Part shown: positions 1 to 8,584 of the stretch, piece after piece
Layout: every line of letters starts with the position of its first letter
Position numbering within the stretch: position 1 is the stretch's first letter
Source: Promethearchaeota archaeon
GTDB lineage: Archaea > Asgardarchaeota > Lokiarchaeia > Sigyniarchaeales > SOKP01
DNA: 24,154 nucleotides
Assembly (NCBI GenBank): GCA_048938025.1
Contig: JBHLMP010000053.1
Span: 1 to 24,154 of the forward strand
Direction: 5' to 3'
Program-made: the position numbers and the translations under genes
The notes under the pieces: generated by a model
What the model was told of the DNA's origin: nothing
The model's database searches: none
What the model saw: the letters and a program-made list of their open reading frames with translations, nothing else

Positions 1-1925
1 TTCTCGAGAGCTGTAATTGAAGCATTTCTTACAATTTCATTTAAATCATTTAATCCATCTAAAAATGGTGATACTGGAACTTTATTTTTTTTAAAATTAC
101 CAATCTGGCTAAAAACTTCAAAAACAGAAGCTCTCACTTCACTATTGGGATCCTTCATTAAAGGGGAAATTATAGATATAAATTTTTTATCTATAGCTTT
201 TACTTTATAAGATTTTATGGTTTTAATTGCTGCTGCTCTTATTTCTTTATTTATGTGAAATAGTTTATTAAAAATGATGCTGATGGGTATTTTAACAGAA
301 GATAATGATAAAATATTAAGTATTTCTGTTTGTACTTGATAATTTGGATCTTCAAGTAATTTATAAATATTTAAATTTTGAATTAATTCATCCTTATTTT
401 TAATTGTTCTATTAAGTAGCTTTAAACTTAATATTTTTGTACGCCATTCTGAATCCTCAACGAGATTTAAAATCAATCTTTTCGGTAAATTATCTATAAA
501 ATTTAAATCAGCATTCATAAGTGATTTTAGAATAGGTATAATTTTATCGTAATTTGGAGATTTTAAAGTTTCTATTATCCAAGGTAATATTATATTCGGA
601 ACATCTTTTTCTAATTGGACTAAAATTTTATAGCATATTCTCCTTGAATTCAAGTCATAATCACAAATACCGTCTAAAAGTAAATATTTGTATTTCCAAT
701 CGTTGAGATCTATCTCTGTTTTTAGTGGAATTCTTTCAAACATTAAAAGGATTGTATCTTCTGCATAATTTCTTATTATTGGATTCTTATCTTTAATAAA
801 AGTAAAAAGAGGGATTGGATCAAAATTTTGACCACACTCACTAATTTTTGAATATTTTATATTATACTTAAATTCACTTTTCGTAGATAAAAAGAAATAT
901 GATGTAAAAATTATTAGCGCAACTTCTTCTATTAATGCGGCCCATGTAAACATAAGATAATTTGGCTCAATTTCTCTGGTGATTGACCAGTAATTAAAAC
1001 TAGTGGATAATCTATTAATATTAACAAGTATAAAATTCACAAAAACATTAATACCTATAGCTGCCATTAAATATGCAGCAAAATATATATCAATTCCTCT
1101 ATATTTGATTTTTCTACCCCAAAAGCGAGTAAAATATCCAATAATGCCAAAGAATAGAGTTACATAAACAAAATATGAAGACATTGTTGATATTGCAAGT
1201 GATCTAGTAAAGAAAAAAGCAATTGTCTGAATCATAGAAATCCAAGCCCATACAAAAACAAATAACATAAAACCTAAAATGATATAAGGCTTGGGATTTG
1301 AAGTGAATTGTTTCAATCCTCTTTTACTATCTTCAAAATTTAGAAAGATTGATCTTTTTATGTCTGGTATATGATAAAACTCATTTGAAATTCCCGCTAT
1401 ATATCCTTTAGTTCCGTAGTGTACTATAATTATAAGAGGATATACGAGTATCCAAGAAACCCAAATCACAATGAATGGTAGCCCCAAAAGAGCCAATATA
1501 ATAGGAGGTAGAATTAAGAACAAATATAATATTATTGCCATAAAAGATGATTTTATCCTATTTTCAGATCTATTAATGATTTTATTACCAATTAATTTAT
1601 GAAATGGGGTAAGGCCCTCGTCAGATTCTTTGCTAAGAGCGATAAATAAGAAATCAATTAGGGGGTAAAAGGATATATAAATTAAACATACTGAAAAGGG
1701 TATTAGAAGTGCTAGCGGATGAACTGCATCAGTAGCGAAAATAAAACCCATTGCAACAACGACCAAAATCGCTATACCAAAAATGAGTCCATATAAAATG
1801 CATTGAACCCGATCTATGTTGCTGAATTCTCCTTTTTTTACTAGAGCTACTTGTCTATAAATTAGGAAAAACCCTACTAGGAAAAATCCTATAAAAATAA
1901 ATAACAATGTAATTTCTATCTGCAA
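1..1925 (-). CDS. Polytopic membrane protein with C-terminal HEAT-repeat region (3' end runs off the window; at least 641 aa)
   Basis: Manual translation from TTG at 1925-1923 (in-frame TAA two codons upstream) gives MQIEITLLFIFIGFFLVGFFLIYRQ... with about nine hydrophobic segments down to ~900. HEAT-like units follow (FIKDKNPIIRNYAE, LMKDPNSEVRASV, EIVRNASITALE). It is absent from the ORF track because no stop lies inside the window. Confidence 0.85.
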   Translation of the reverse strand, partial: MQIEITLLFIFIGFFLVGFFLIYRQVALVKKGEFSNIDRVQCILYGLIFGIAILVVVAMGFIFATDAVHPLALLIPFSVCLIYISFYPLIDFLFIALSKESDEGLTPFHKLIGNKIINRSENRIKSSFMAIILYLFLILPPIILALLGLPFIVIWVSWILVYPLIIIVHYGTKGYIAGISNEFYHIPDIKRSIFLNFEDSKRGLKQFTSNPKPYIILGFMLFVFVWAWISMIQTIAFFFTRSLAISTMSSYFVYVTLFFGIIGYFTRFWGRKIKYRGIDIYFAAYLMAAIGINVFVNFILVNINRLSTSFNYWSITREIEPNYLMFTWAALIEEVALIIFTSYFFLSTKSEFKYNIKYSKISECGQNFDPIPLFTFIKDKNPIIRNYAEDTILLMFERIPLKTEIDLNDWKYKYLLLDGICDYDLNSRRICYKILVQLEKDVPNIILPWIIETLKSPNYDKIIPILKSLMNADLNFIDNLPKRLILNLVEDSEWRTKILSLKLLNRTIKNKDELIQNLNIYKLLEDPNYQVQTEILNILSLSSVKIPISIIFNKLFHINKEIRAAAIKTIKSYKVKAIDKKFISIISPLMKDPNSEVRASVFEVFSQIGNFKKNKVPVSPFLDGLNDLNEIVRNASITALE

Positions 1926-1959
1926 TTTTTACACTAATTTTTTCAGTCTATTATTATAT

Positions 1960-1972
1960 TAATATAAGTTTT
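1960..1972 (-). promoter_or_regulatory. Putative BRE/TATA promoter of the HEAT membrane gene
   Basis: Minus strand reads AAAAC-TTATATTA ~35-45 nt upstream of the TTG start. Similar TTATATTA elements precede coaBC and the MoxR gene. Confidence 0.45.
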
Positions 1973-2033
1973 AATTTTCTAGTGCTAAATTGTTTAGTAT
2001 ATAATATAAAATTATTTTAATTTATTAGATCTG

Positions 2034-2603
2034 GTGAAAAATTTGTTGGAAAAAGTTGAAAGCCAATTAATTGATTCCCTAAATAGGATAAATTTTATGT
2101 TTATGAATGAAGAATTAACTATGGAATGTATAAAAAGTTTCAAAAAATTTTCCTTTCTAGGAGATTCATTTGGTCCATTTGAGAAGGGAAATAAATATAG
2201 GTTAAAATTGTTCTCAGCTATTCCTTTTATTGAAAATGATATTATGAAAATCGCCTCAAATGAAAAATGCGATAATGTTGATGTGCAAAGATTTGCTATT
2301 GATGAACGTGACGATCAAAAGCTTATTTTTAGAGATAATAATTATTTTCTAAACAAAATAAAGAATTTTAAATTTTTCTTGGAAAAGGATATTAAAGATA
2401 AAATCAAACCTCCTTTAGATTTAGATAGATATAATTCTTATATGTCAAATATTATTGATAGTCGATTATCAAAACTTTTAAGATTAGCAACGGCGGAGTT
2501 ATCCTTAGATGATGAGAGAAGGTTAACAAGTTCAGAAAAAATACTATTTAAACATTTATATAAGTCTATTAAAGTGTGGAGGAAATTTTATTTAACTCGT
2601 TAA
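2034..2603 (+). CDS. GINS complex subunit, GINS23 (Psf2/Psf3-like, B-A domain order)
   Basis: N-terminal beta-rich B-domain motif FGPFEKGNKYRLKLFSAIPFIENDIMKI. C-terminal helical A-domain with RLSKLLRLA and LTSSEKILF...IKVWR, typical of archaeal GINS23. GTG start; ATG at 2097 is an alternative. Confidence 0.7.
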   Translation: MKNLLEKVESQLIDSLNRINFMFMNEELTMECIKSFKKFSFLGDSFGPFEKGNKYRLKLFSAIPFIENDIMKIASNEKCDNVDVQRFAIDERDDQKLIFRDNNYFLNKIKNFKFFLEKDIKDKIKPPLDLDRYNSYMSNIIDSRLSKLLRLATAELSLDDERRLTSSEKILFKHLYKSIKVWRKFYLTR

Positions 2604-3277
2604 GAAAAATTTACTTCTCTAGTTCCATATTTTTTAAAATAGTCTTTTATATGTATTGCTATATCCTCATCTATCGTTAAAGTTGGTAACAAATCTACTG
2701 CGTTACTCATGGCAAAATAGTTGACATCCTCTTCTCGTATTACTTCTTCTACACTTCTTCCATCATCCCTTAGTTCATTTCTGTTAGTTATACCAATAGC
2801 AGCTATTATATCAACTTTAATTGCCTTTAAGTTTTGAATGCTTGTTATCAAAGATCCACCTGTTGTTGTCACATCCTCAATAACAATTACTTTTCCCTTT
2901 GGCATCCCAAGAAAAAATCTATCTTTTGGTTCACCATGATCTTTTGGCTTACCTCTTCCCATGGGTAAATTATAAGTTCCATTATGATAATTTTTTTGCT
3001 TTTTTGCCCATTTAAATTGTGTAATAATTCCAATTTTGCTAGCTCCCTCAGGTACTCCATAAAAACAATCAGGTTGCAAATTATGATATATCACGAATGA
3101 AATGATATAATCAGTTAATTTATCAATTAAATTTACATCCTCAGAAACATTTCTCCAATTTATATAAAAATAGGAAAGTCTATTAGATTTTAATCTTATT
3201 GGCTCCTTAAAGAATCCAATTACTTTATTTTTGATTATAAATTCATAAAATTCCTTTTTCTCTTTAGCCCAATTCAT
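2600..3277 (-). CDS. pyrE: Orotate phosphoribosyltransferase (type I PRTase)
   Basis: LKSNRLSYFYIN N-terminal motif, GVPEGA, KPKDHG flexible loop and VIVIEDVTTTGGS PRPP-binding motif. Its stop overlaps the GINS stop in a shared TTAA at 2600-2603. Confidence 0.8.
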   Translation of the reverse strand: MNWAKEKKEFYEFIIKNKVIGFFKEPIRLKSNRLSYFYINWRNVSEDVNLIDKLTDYIISFVIYHNLQPDCFYGVPEGASKIGIITQFKWAKKQKNYHNGTYNLPMGRGKPKDHGEPKDRFFLGMPKGKVIVIEDVTTTGGSLITSIQNLKAIKVDIIAAIGITNRNELRDDGRSVEEVIREEDVNYFAMSNAVDLLPTLTIDEDIAIHIKDYFKKYGTREVNFS

Positions 3278-3288
3278 AAGTAGTAAAA

Positions 3289-3813
3289 CTATTCCTTTAA
3301 TGTTAAATAATCTTTTCTTGCTTTCGCATATTCTTCAGCCTTTATTTTTCCAGCTAGGAATTCTTTTTCTTTTTCTCTCATAACCCTTCTTTTTTGAGCT
3401 AACTTTTTCCTTTTTTCTGCTTTTAGGAAATTATTTGAAATATTCTTAGCGATACTTACAATATCTTTATTTTTTTTGTTAATTAAATTGTCTAAATAAG
3501 GTTTGATAGGGATTACCATTTCAATGTTTTTATTGGAAAGTTCTTCAATTCGAATTAATGCGAGAATAATCTCCTCCTCATTTTCACCTTCTAAAACACT
3601 CATTAATCTTGGAATTGCAATATCTTTTGTTATATCGTTAAGATATTCTTCAATTTCCTTTTTTATTTGGGGATCTTTATAACTTTCTAACTTCTTACTA
3701 CGTATATACTCAACAAAAATAAGTGGTAATTCAATAGGCCAATCTTGCATTTTTTCTTTATCGATTAATTGAATAATTCCACCATCTTTTTTGTGAAAAA
3801 CTCTTATATCCAA
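3289..3813 (-). CDS. Hypothetical protein with HEAT-like repeat, coiled coil and SHOCT-like C-terminus
   Basis: TTG start overlaps the last codons of top6A. AIPRLMSVLEGENEEEIILAL and YLDNLINKKNKDIVSIA are HEAT-like; FLAGKIKAEEYAKARKDYL is SHOCT-like. Confidence 0.7.
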   Translation of the reverse strand: MDIRVFHKKDGGIIQLIDKEKMQDWPIELPLIFVEYIRSKKLESYKDPQIKKEIEEYLNDITKDIAIPRLMSVLEGENEEEIILALIRIEELSNKNIEMVIPIKPYLDNLINKKNKDIVSIAKNISNNFLKAEKRKKLAQKRRVMREKEKEFLAGKIKAEEYAKARKDYLTLKE

Positions 3814-4991
3814 TCACCTGTTGTTAATTTTTCTGGAAGGTATGTATTAGTAAGAAACTCAAAACCATGTTGAGAAAGAGCTTGAATTTCTGCTTTTTTC
3901 TTTAATTTTAGAGCTAGGCTTAAATCAAGTTCCCATTGTTTATTCTTTTTAACAAAATCTTCTTTTAATAATTCTTTTGTTCTTTTAACATCCATAGGTT
4001 TCATAGGAAGTCTTACTTCTTCTGGAATTTTGTATTTATCAAGATCTCTTGTTAATACTCCAAGTAGTTTAATATTTGGGGTCGCTAAAAAGGGTGATTC
4101 ATAACTTAATCTTTTTGAACCTCTTAAATATACGCTATGAATATAATGTCCATATGGATCACTATCTACTAGACTAAAAACAGGTAAATTTAATTCTTTA
4201 CTTAAGCGTTTCAAAAACATGCGTGTTGCAATATCTGCTGCTCCTTTTGCTGTAAGGATAATACAGGGATACTTCTTCCAAAACCTATCTTCAGCTAAAC
4301 GTATCATTGCTGCATCTTTTTCTACAACTAATATAAATTCCGCATCTGATTCTATTATTTCTATATTATCAAGCATAGGCGATACCATCCAACCACCACT
4401 ACCTAATCCTTCTAGATCGATTATATCATTTCGATCCCTTATTCTGAGTCTTCCAACGCACATACCTTTAGCAGATGCAACTATATGAGTCGAATTTCTT
4501 GTTGTATATAACATTGCAGCAACATCTTCAATACTTTTATCACTGTTCTTCTGTTCTGTAAATAATTTTACATCGGTATAGAATATTTCCCTTTTAGTAG
4601 CATGTATATCTTTAAATAATAGCTCATTTACGATTTCAAGAACTCTCATTAATCTTGTTAGATCTGCTACACTAGTAAGTGAATGAAATTGCTTTTCTAC
4701 TATTTGTTCACCTAAAAGCAAAAGATCATTCTCTTCATCCCAAATTATATTAGAACTCGTTCTAGCTGGAAGTTGGATGGATGGGCGACCTGTATTGTAA
4801 ATTTTTGTAATAGTATTATCTACTATTGTGTATAATCTTTCAAGAGTCTCGTTTCTGTTAAGATCATCAATCTTTACGGTCCCTTTTGGAAGATCAATTG
4901 ATTTTTCTTCTTTCTCTTTTTGTAAATATAAGTTAAATAATTCTCTAGCTGCTTTTAATTCTTTTTTATCATTTTTTTCTTTTTTAGCCAT
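3804..4991 (-). CDS. top6A: DNA topoisomerase VI subunit A (Spo11/Top6A family)
   Basis: ATKREIFY catalytic-tyrosine motif, F.EQ..SD..IED, TOPRIM motifs ILVVEKDA, TAKG.AD.ATR, LVDSDPYG..I, and KAEIQAL. Confidence 0.97.
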   Translation of the reverse strand: MAKKEKNDKKELKAARELFNLYLQKEKEEKSIDLPKGTVKIDDLNRNETLERLYTIVDNTITKIYNTGRPSIQLPARTSSNIIWDEENDLLLLGEQIVEKQFHSLTSVADLTRLMRVLEIVNELLFKDIHATKREIFYTDVKLFTEQKNSDKSIEDVAAMLYTTRNSTHIVASAKGMCVGRLRIRDRNDIIDLEGLGSGGWMVSPMLDNIEIIESDAEFILVVEKDAAMIRLAEDRFWKKYPCIILTAKGAADIATRMFLKRLSKELNLPVFSLVDSDPYGHYIHSVYLRGSKRLSYESPFLATPNIKLLGVLTRDLDKYKIPEEVRLPMKPMDVKRTKELLKEDFVKKNKQWELDLSLALKLKKKAEIQALSQHGFEFLTNTYLPEKLTTGDWI

Positions 4992-5010
4992 GATTAATAT
5001 AATAAAAATA

Positions 5011-8000
5011 TTATTTTAATTTCCAATGTTTTTTACCCATTTTAAGGTCAACTAGAATTTCTCCTTTACGCTCTAGCTCTTTGAGTTTTAACTGAAGGTA
5101 TCTAGCATCCATCATATCCTTAATTTTCAATTTGAATATCAAATGCTTTATTGTTTGCCATTCACCAGATAAAACTTCTAAAATTCGTTCTGTTGTAATA
5201 AGAAGTAATGTTTTTTGAACTGTTTTTGGTTTAGATATAACTCGAGGTTCAGGTCTGACTGCTTCTACTACGCCTTCTGCGATTGGTTTCTCTACTAGAG
5301 GTTTTTCTTTAAAGGATTCTTGTATATTTTTGATGAGATCAGCTTTTCGTATTTTAGAAGATATAGTTATTTTATTTTCTAAACAATATTCCTTAAGTTC
5401 TTTTATAGTCCAATTATTAAGAGTTTTTTCAGAATAGATTACCTTTTTGGGCCTAATTTTTTCAACAATTGGTTCTATCTTAGGAGCTATTACCTCTTTT
5501 TTGATTTCTACTTCCTTGGCTTCTATTTTCCTGGGTTTTTCTTTCTCTATTTCTTCTTTTTTAACTAGGGGCTTTTCTAATTGAATTTTTTCTTCAACAA
5601 TAGGTGTTGGTTTTCTACCAATAGCATTTTTCATTAAATCTTCTAATTCCTCTCTGGTGACCTTTCTACCATATTTACCATCGCCTTTAGAAGTTATATT
5701 GTATAAACTTTCAACGAATATTGGTATATATTTTTCAATTAGACTTGCTCTTTTTTCAGTTCTATGTATACTTGCTCTTCTATTAAGGTAAATTCGTAGT
5801 TTTCTTCCTATAGCTTCAAGACAATATTTTATTTCTTTAATTAGGTCTTCATCATCCGCTAAGGCATTTTTTGATTGAGATTTAAACATTAAATGGACAA
5901 ATGGACCAGAGACATTAACTAATAATTTAATCGGTCCTTTAGGTAAACTATTATCATAAGTATCCAAATTATAATTCTTCCAATTAACTGATTGTACAGC
6001 TTTAGTAATAGCACAATCGGCACTATCTCTTAATTTTGGTGTTCTATTTACAAATCTAGATAAAACATCTCTAGATCGTTTAGGGATTTCAATGTTTTTT
6101 GAATAAGCCATTACAGCTTCTACAACATAGGCTAAACCTTTTCCACTAGTGGGATCACGTGTTTCTGCTGCTACAAAATCATCGTCTCTTGTATAATTTT
6201 CAATAAAATATTCAAAAACATCAGAATAACTTTGAATTGAATCATCTTCTGGAATTATAAGAATTTCATCTATATTTTGCTTAAATTGTTGAAATTCTAG
6301 ACTGTCATCTTTAATATCAATATTTGCTAAAATTTTTGATTCTAAATCAGCAATTTCTCCATAATCTACAGGGATATCTTCCTTAACTTTTTGATCTTCT
6401 TTTTCTAAAGCAAATCTCTTTTCTTCACTTAATATAGAGGAGGTTTGGCTAATCTCGTCTACAGGAGTGTCAAAATCTTCTAGATTTTCTGAAATCCTTA
6501 ATCCTAATTCCTTTATTAATGTATTTTCCAAAATGGAATCACCTACTGGAATAGCTGTATCAGTAGGCGGTGCCATATACTTTATTGATTTGAAAGCAAG
6601 GAAAAGCGAATTAAATTGTTCTCTCGTCAAATCAGAAGGTTTTGCTTTAGAAATTTGAACTTCATTTATTAAATCCTCAAAATCACTTCTATTTTTAAAC
6701 TTTTTTAATTCAATTAGTCCTTCTCTAACATTTTTGAAAAGAATATTAAGTTGATCTTTAATATTTTCCTTTTCCTTCTTAATTCCTTCAATATCAATCA
6801 GAAAATGCTTAATTCTTTTTTCTAAATTTTTTATTTCTTTTTTCGTTTCTACTTTTTCAATACGATTATTAAGTTTTATTATTTCTTTATTTATTTTTTC
6901 ATAATCTTTATCAAAAGTATTATATTTTGAAACTAAATCCCAATATTTTCTTCTTAAATCATCTGATTCAACTTGATATATTATTAATTTATCTCTTGGT
7001 TTATCAGAACGGCCAAAAACTCTCTTTTCATTTCTAAAATAATGAATTTTATCTGTGTGCTTTTCTATTCTAGTAACGAATCCATCTTTTAGAATTAGAA
7101 GCTTTAGATTATCTTGTAAATCATTTTCAGCTTTATCTACAATTTCTTTAGCTATTTTTGAACTAATTCTCACAAAGTTATCTTGTAAGAATGAAGAAAT
7201 AGTTTTCTTTTCTGTTTTTGCAATTAAATCTTGCAGATCACCAATATTTACCGATGATGGGTGAGGTTTGGCATATTTAGGTTCCCGTGGAAAAGAAGAA
7301 GCTAATCTTCGATACATCTTTTCCTTGCCATATGGATCAATATAAATAATTGTAATATGAGGATTCATGAATGCCGTTTCTTCGATATATTTTTCGACAT
7401 AACCTCTAATAAATTTTACGTTTAAATAGTTCAGTTTTATATAAGTTCCATGGAGGAATGCACTGTCAATATCTGTTGGATGAATTAAATACTTTTTCTC
7501 ATTTTTAGATGTTGTAAAAAATTCAGTAACAGTAGCATAGATATTGTCCATTGATTTTGAAACAGCAATAACTGGTTTTCCTGTAGTATTTTGTGCATCA
7601 CTAAAAGCACTCGGCGCACCAAATCCTTGACTACCTCTCGTTTGTTTTAATTCCAATGATTTTGAGGAGGCAAGATATTTCCCAAATTTTCGTAAATCAA
7701 TTTTAGACATTCCCGTACCATTATCAAAAATTTCAAAAGTATAACTCATTACATTTTTCTGACTTATTTCGGAGGTTAAAAATGAAGGAGCTTCAAATTC
7801 TCTCATGCGAACAATTACAATAGGCTCAACATCAATGATATTTTCAACTGGTTTAATAAGTTCTTGCATATCGTCAATAATTCTTTTAACTTCCTCTTCC
7901 ACCTCTAACTCATCTTCTTCACTGATTTCTCCAGATTCCTCTAATTTTTCTTTTGATTCTTGAATAATTGATTCTTCAGATTCAATTGATTCTAAACCTA

Positions 8001-8259
8001 ACTCTTGCATCAATGTGTGTTTTGCTTCATTGTTTAAATGCTGAGATTTTTTTTCTTCTTTGGCTGTTTCAACAATTGAAAATTTCTCTAAAAATAGTTC
8101 TTGATCTAAGGAGAATTTAATTTTCGAATCAGTTTTTTCTAATTCTCTCCACTGAAAGCTTTCAATTGCGTCAAGGGCATTATCAATAAACTCTGCACAA
8201 TATTGTACATGCTTCCAATAACCAAACTCAAAACCAACTAGTTGAGTTCGCTTTCGCAT
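5011..8259 (-). CDS. top6B: DNA topoisomerase VI subunit B, enlarged by three insertions and a C-terminal HEH + winged-helix extension; true start probably upstream of 8259
   Basis: GHKL motifs EFIDNALDA, DNGTGM, FGKYLASSK, QTRGSQGFG; HGT, NPH, AKPHP; transducer motifs RFVNRTP, CAITKAVQSVNWKNY, FKSQSK. Adjacent to top6A. Confidence 0.95.
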   Translation of the reverse strand: MRKRTQLVGFEFGYWKHVQYCAEFIDNALDAIESFQWRELEKTDSKIKFSLDQELFLEKFSIVETAKEEKKSQHLNNEAKHTLMQELGLESIESEESIIQESKEKLEESGEISEEDELEVEEEVKRIIDDMQELIKPVENIIDVEPIVIVRMREFEAPSFLTSEISQKNVMSYTFEIFDNGTGMSKIDLRKFGKYLASSKSLELKQTRGSQGFGAPSAFSDAQNTTGKPVIAVSKSMDNIYATVTEFFTTSKNEKKYLIHPTDIDSAFLHGTYIKLNYLNVKFIRGYVEKYIEETAFMNPHITIIYIDPYGKEKMYRRLASSFPREPKYAKPHPSSVNIGDLQDLIAKTEKKTISSFLQDNFVRISSKIAKEIVDKAENDLQDNLKLLILKDGFVTRIEKHTDKIHYFRNEKRVFGRSDKPRDKLIIYQVESDDLRRKYWDLVSKYNTFDKDYEKINKEIIKLNNRIEKVETKKEIKNLEKRIKHFLIDIEGIKKEKENIKDQLNILFKNVREGLIELKKFKNRSDFEDLINEVQISKAKPSDLTREQFNSLFLAFKSIKYMAPPTDTAIPVGDSILENTLIKELGLRISENLEDFDTPVDEISQTSSILSEEKRFALEKEDQKVKEDIPVDYGEIADLESKILANIDIKDDSLEFQQFKQNIDEILIIPEDDSIQSYSDVFEYFIENYTRDDDFVAAETRDPTSGKGLAYVVEAVMAYSKNIEIPKRSRDVLSRFVNRTPKLRDSADCAITKAVQSVNWKNYNLDTYDNSLPKGPIKLLVNVSGPFVHLMFKSQSKNALADDEDLIKEIKYCLEAIGRKLRIYLNRRASIHRTEKRASLIEKYIPIFVESLYNITSKGDGKYGRKVTREELEDLMKNAIGRKPTPIVEEKIQLEKPLVKKEEIEKEKPRKIEAKEVEIKKEVIAPKIEPIVEKIRPKKVIYSEKTLNNWTIKELKEYCLENKITISSKIRKADLIKNIQESFKEKPLVEKPIAEGVVEAVRPEPRVISKPKTVQKTLLLITTERILEVLSGEWQTIKHLIFKLKIKDMMDARYLQLKLKELERKGEILVDLKMGKKHWKLK

Positions 8260-8584
8260 ATACTCTGCAATTGTACCTTGCTTAATTTTTCCTTCTTCAT
8301 CCTTGGTAATTTTAGGCGCACTCTATTGTGTTGTTATTCTATAATTTTTTAGAATTTAATTATAAATATATATACAATTATTACTGAATTAATTTATATT
8401 GTTATTTAATGTTAGATATAGAATCTAATATCTTAAGTTTCTATTATCTTCTTATAGTTTAATTGTTCCTTCACTTTTTAAAGAAATTGAACAAGTATTT
8501 AAATATTTTCTTTAAGTTGAAAATTATAAAAAGAGAGAGACTTATATTAAAGAACGTTTAGAATTAAAGGAAACAGAAATAAGT

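Noticed and set aside
4219-7264. Short plus-strand ORFs at 4219, 4828, 6467 and 7055
   Set aside because: All lie antisense within top6A/top6B and look like reverse-frame artefacts.
6190-8157. Top6B insertions as inteins
   Set aside because: No Cys/Ser start with a His-Asn end and no LAGLIDADG blocks; the inserts are acidic or coiled-coil and in frame.
8412-8433. Inverted repeat TTAGAT-ATAGA-ATCTAA upstream of top6B (also ACATCT-AAC-AGATGT near 9993-10007)
   Set aside because: Short AT-rich symmetry expected by chance; the spacings differ and I cannot support a function.
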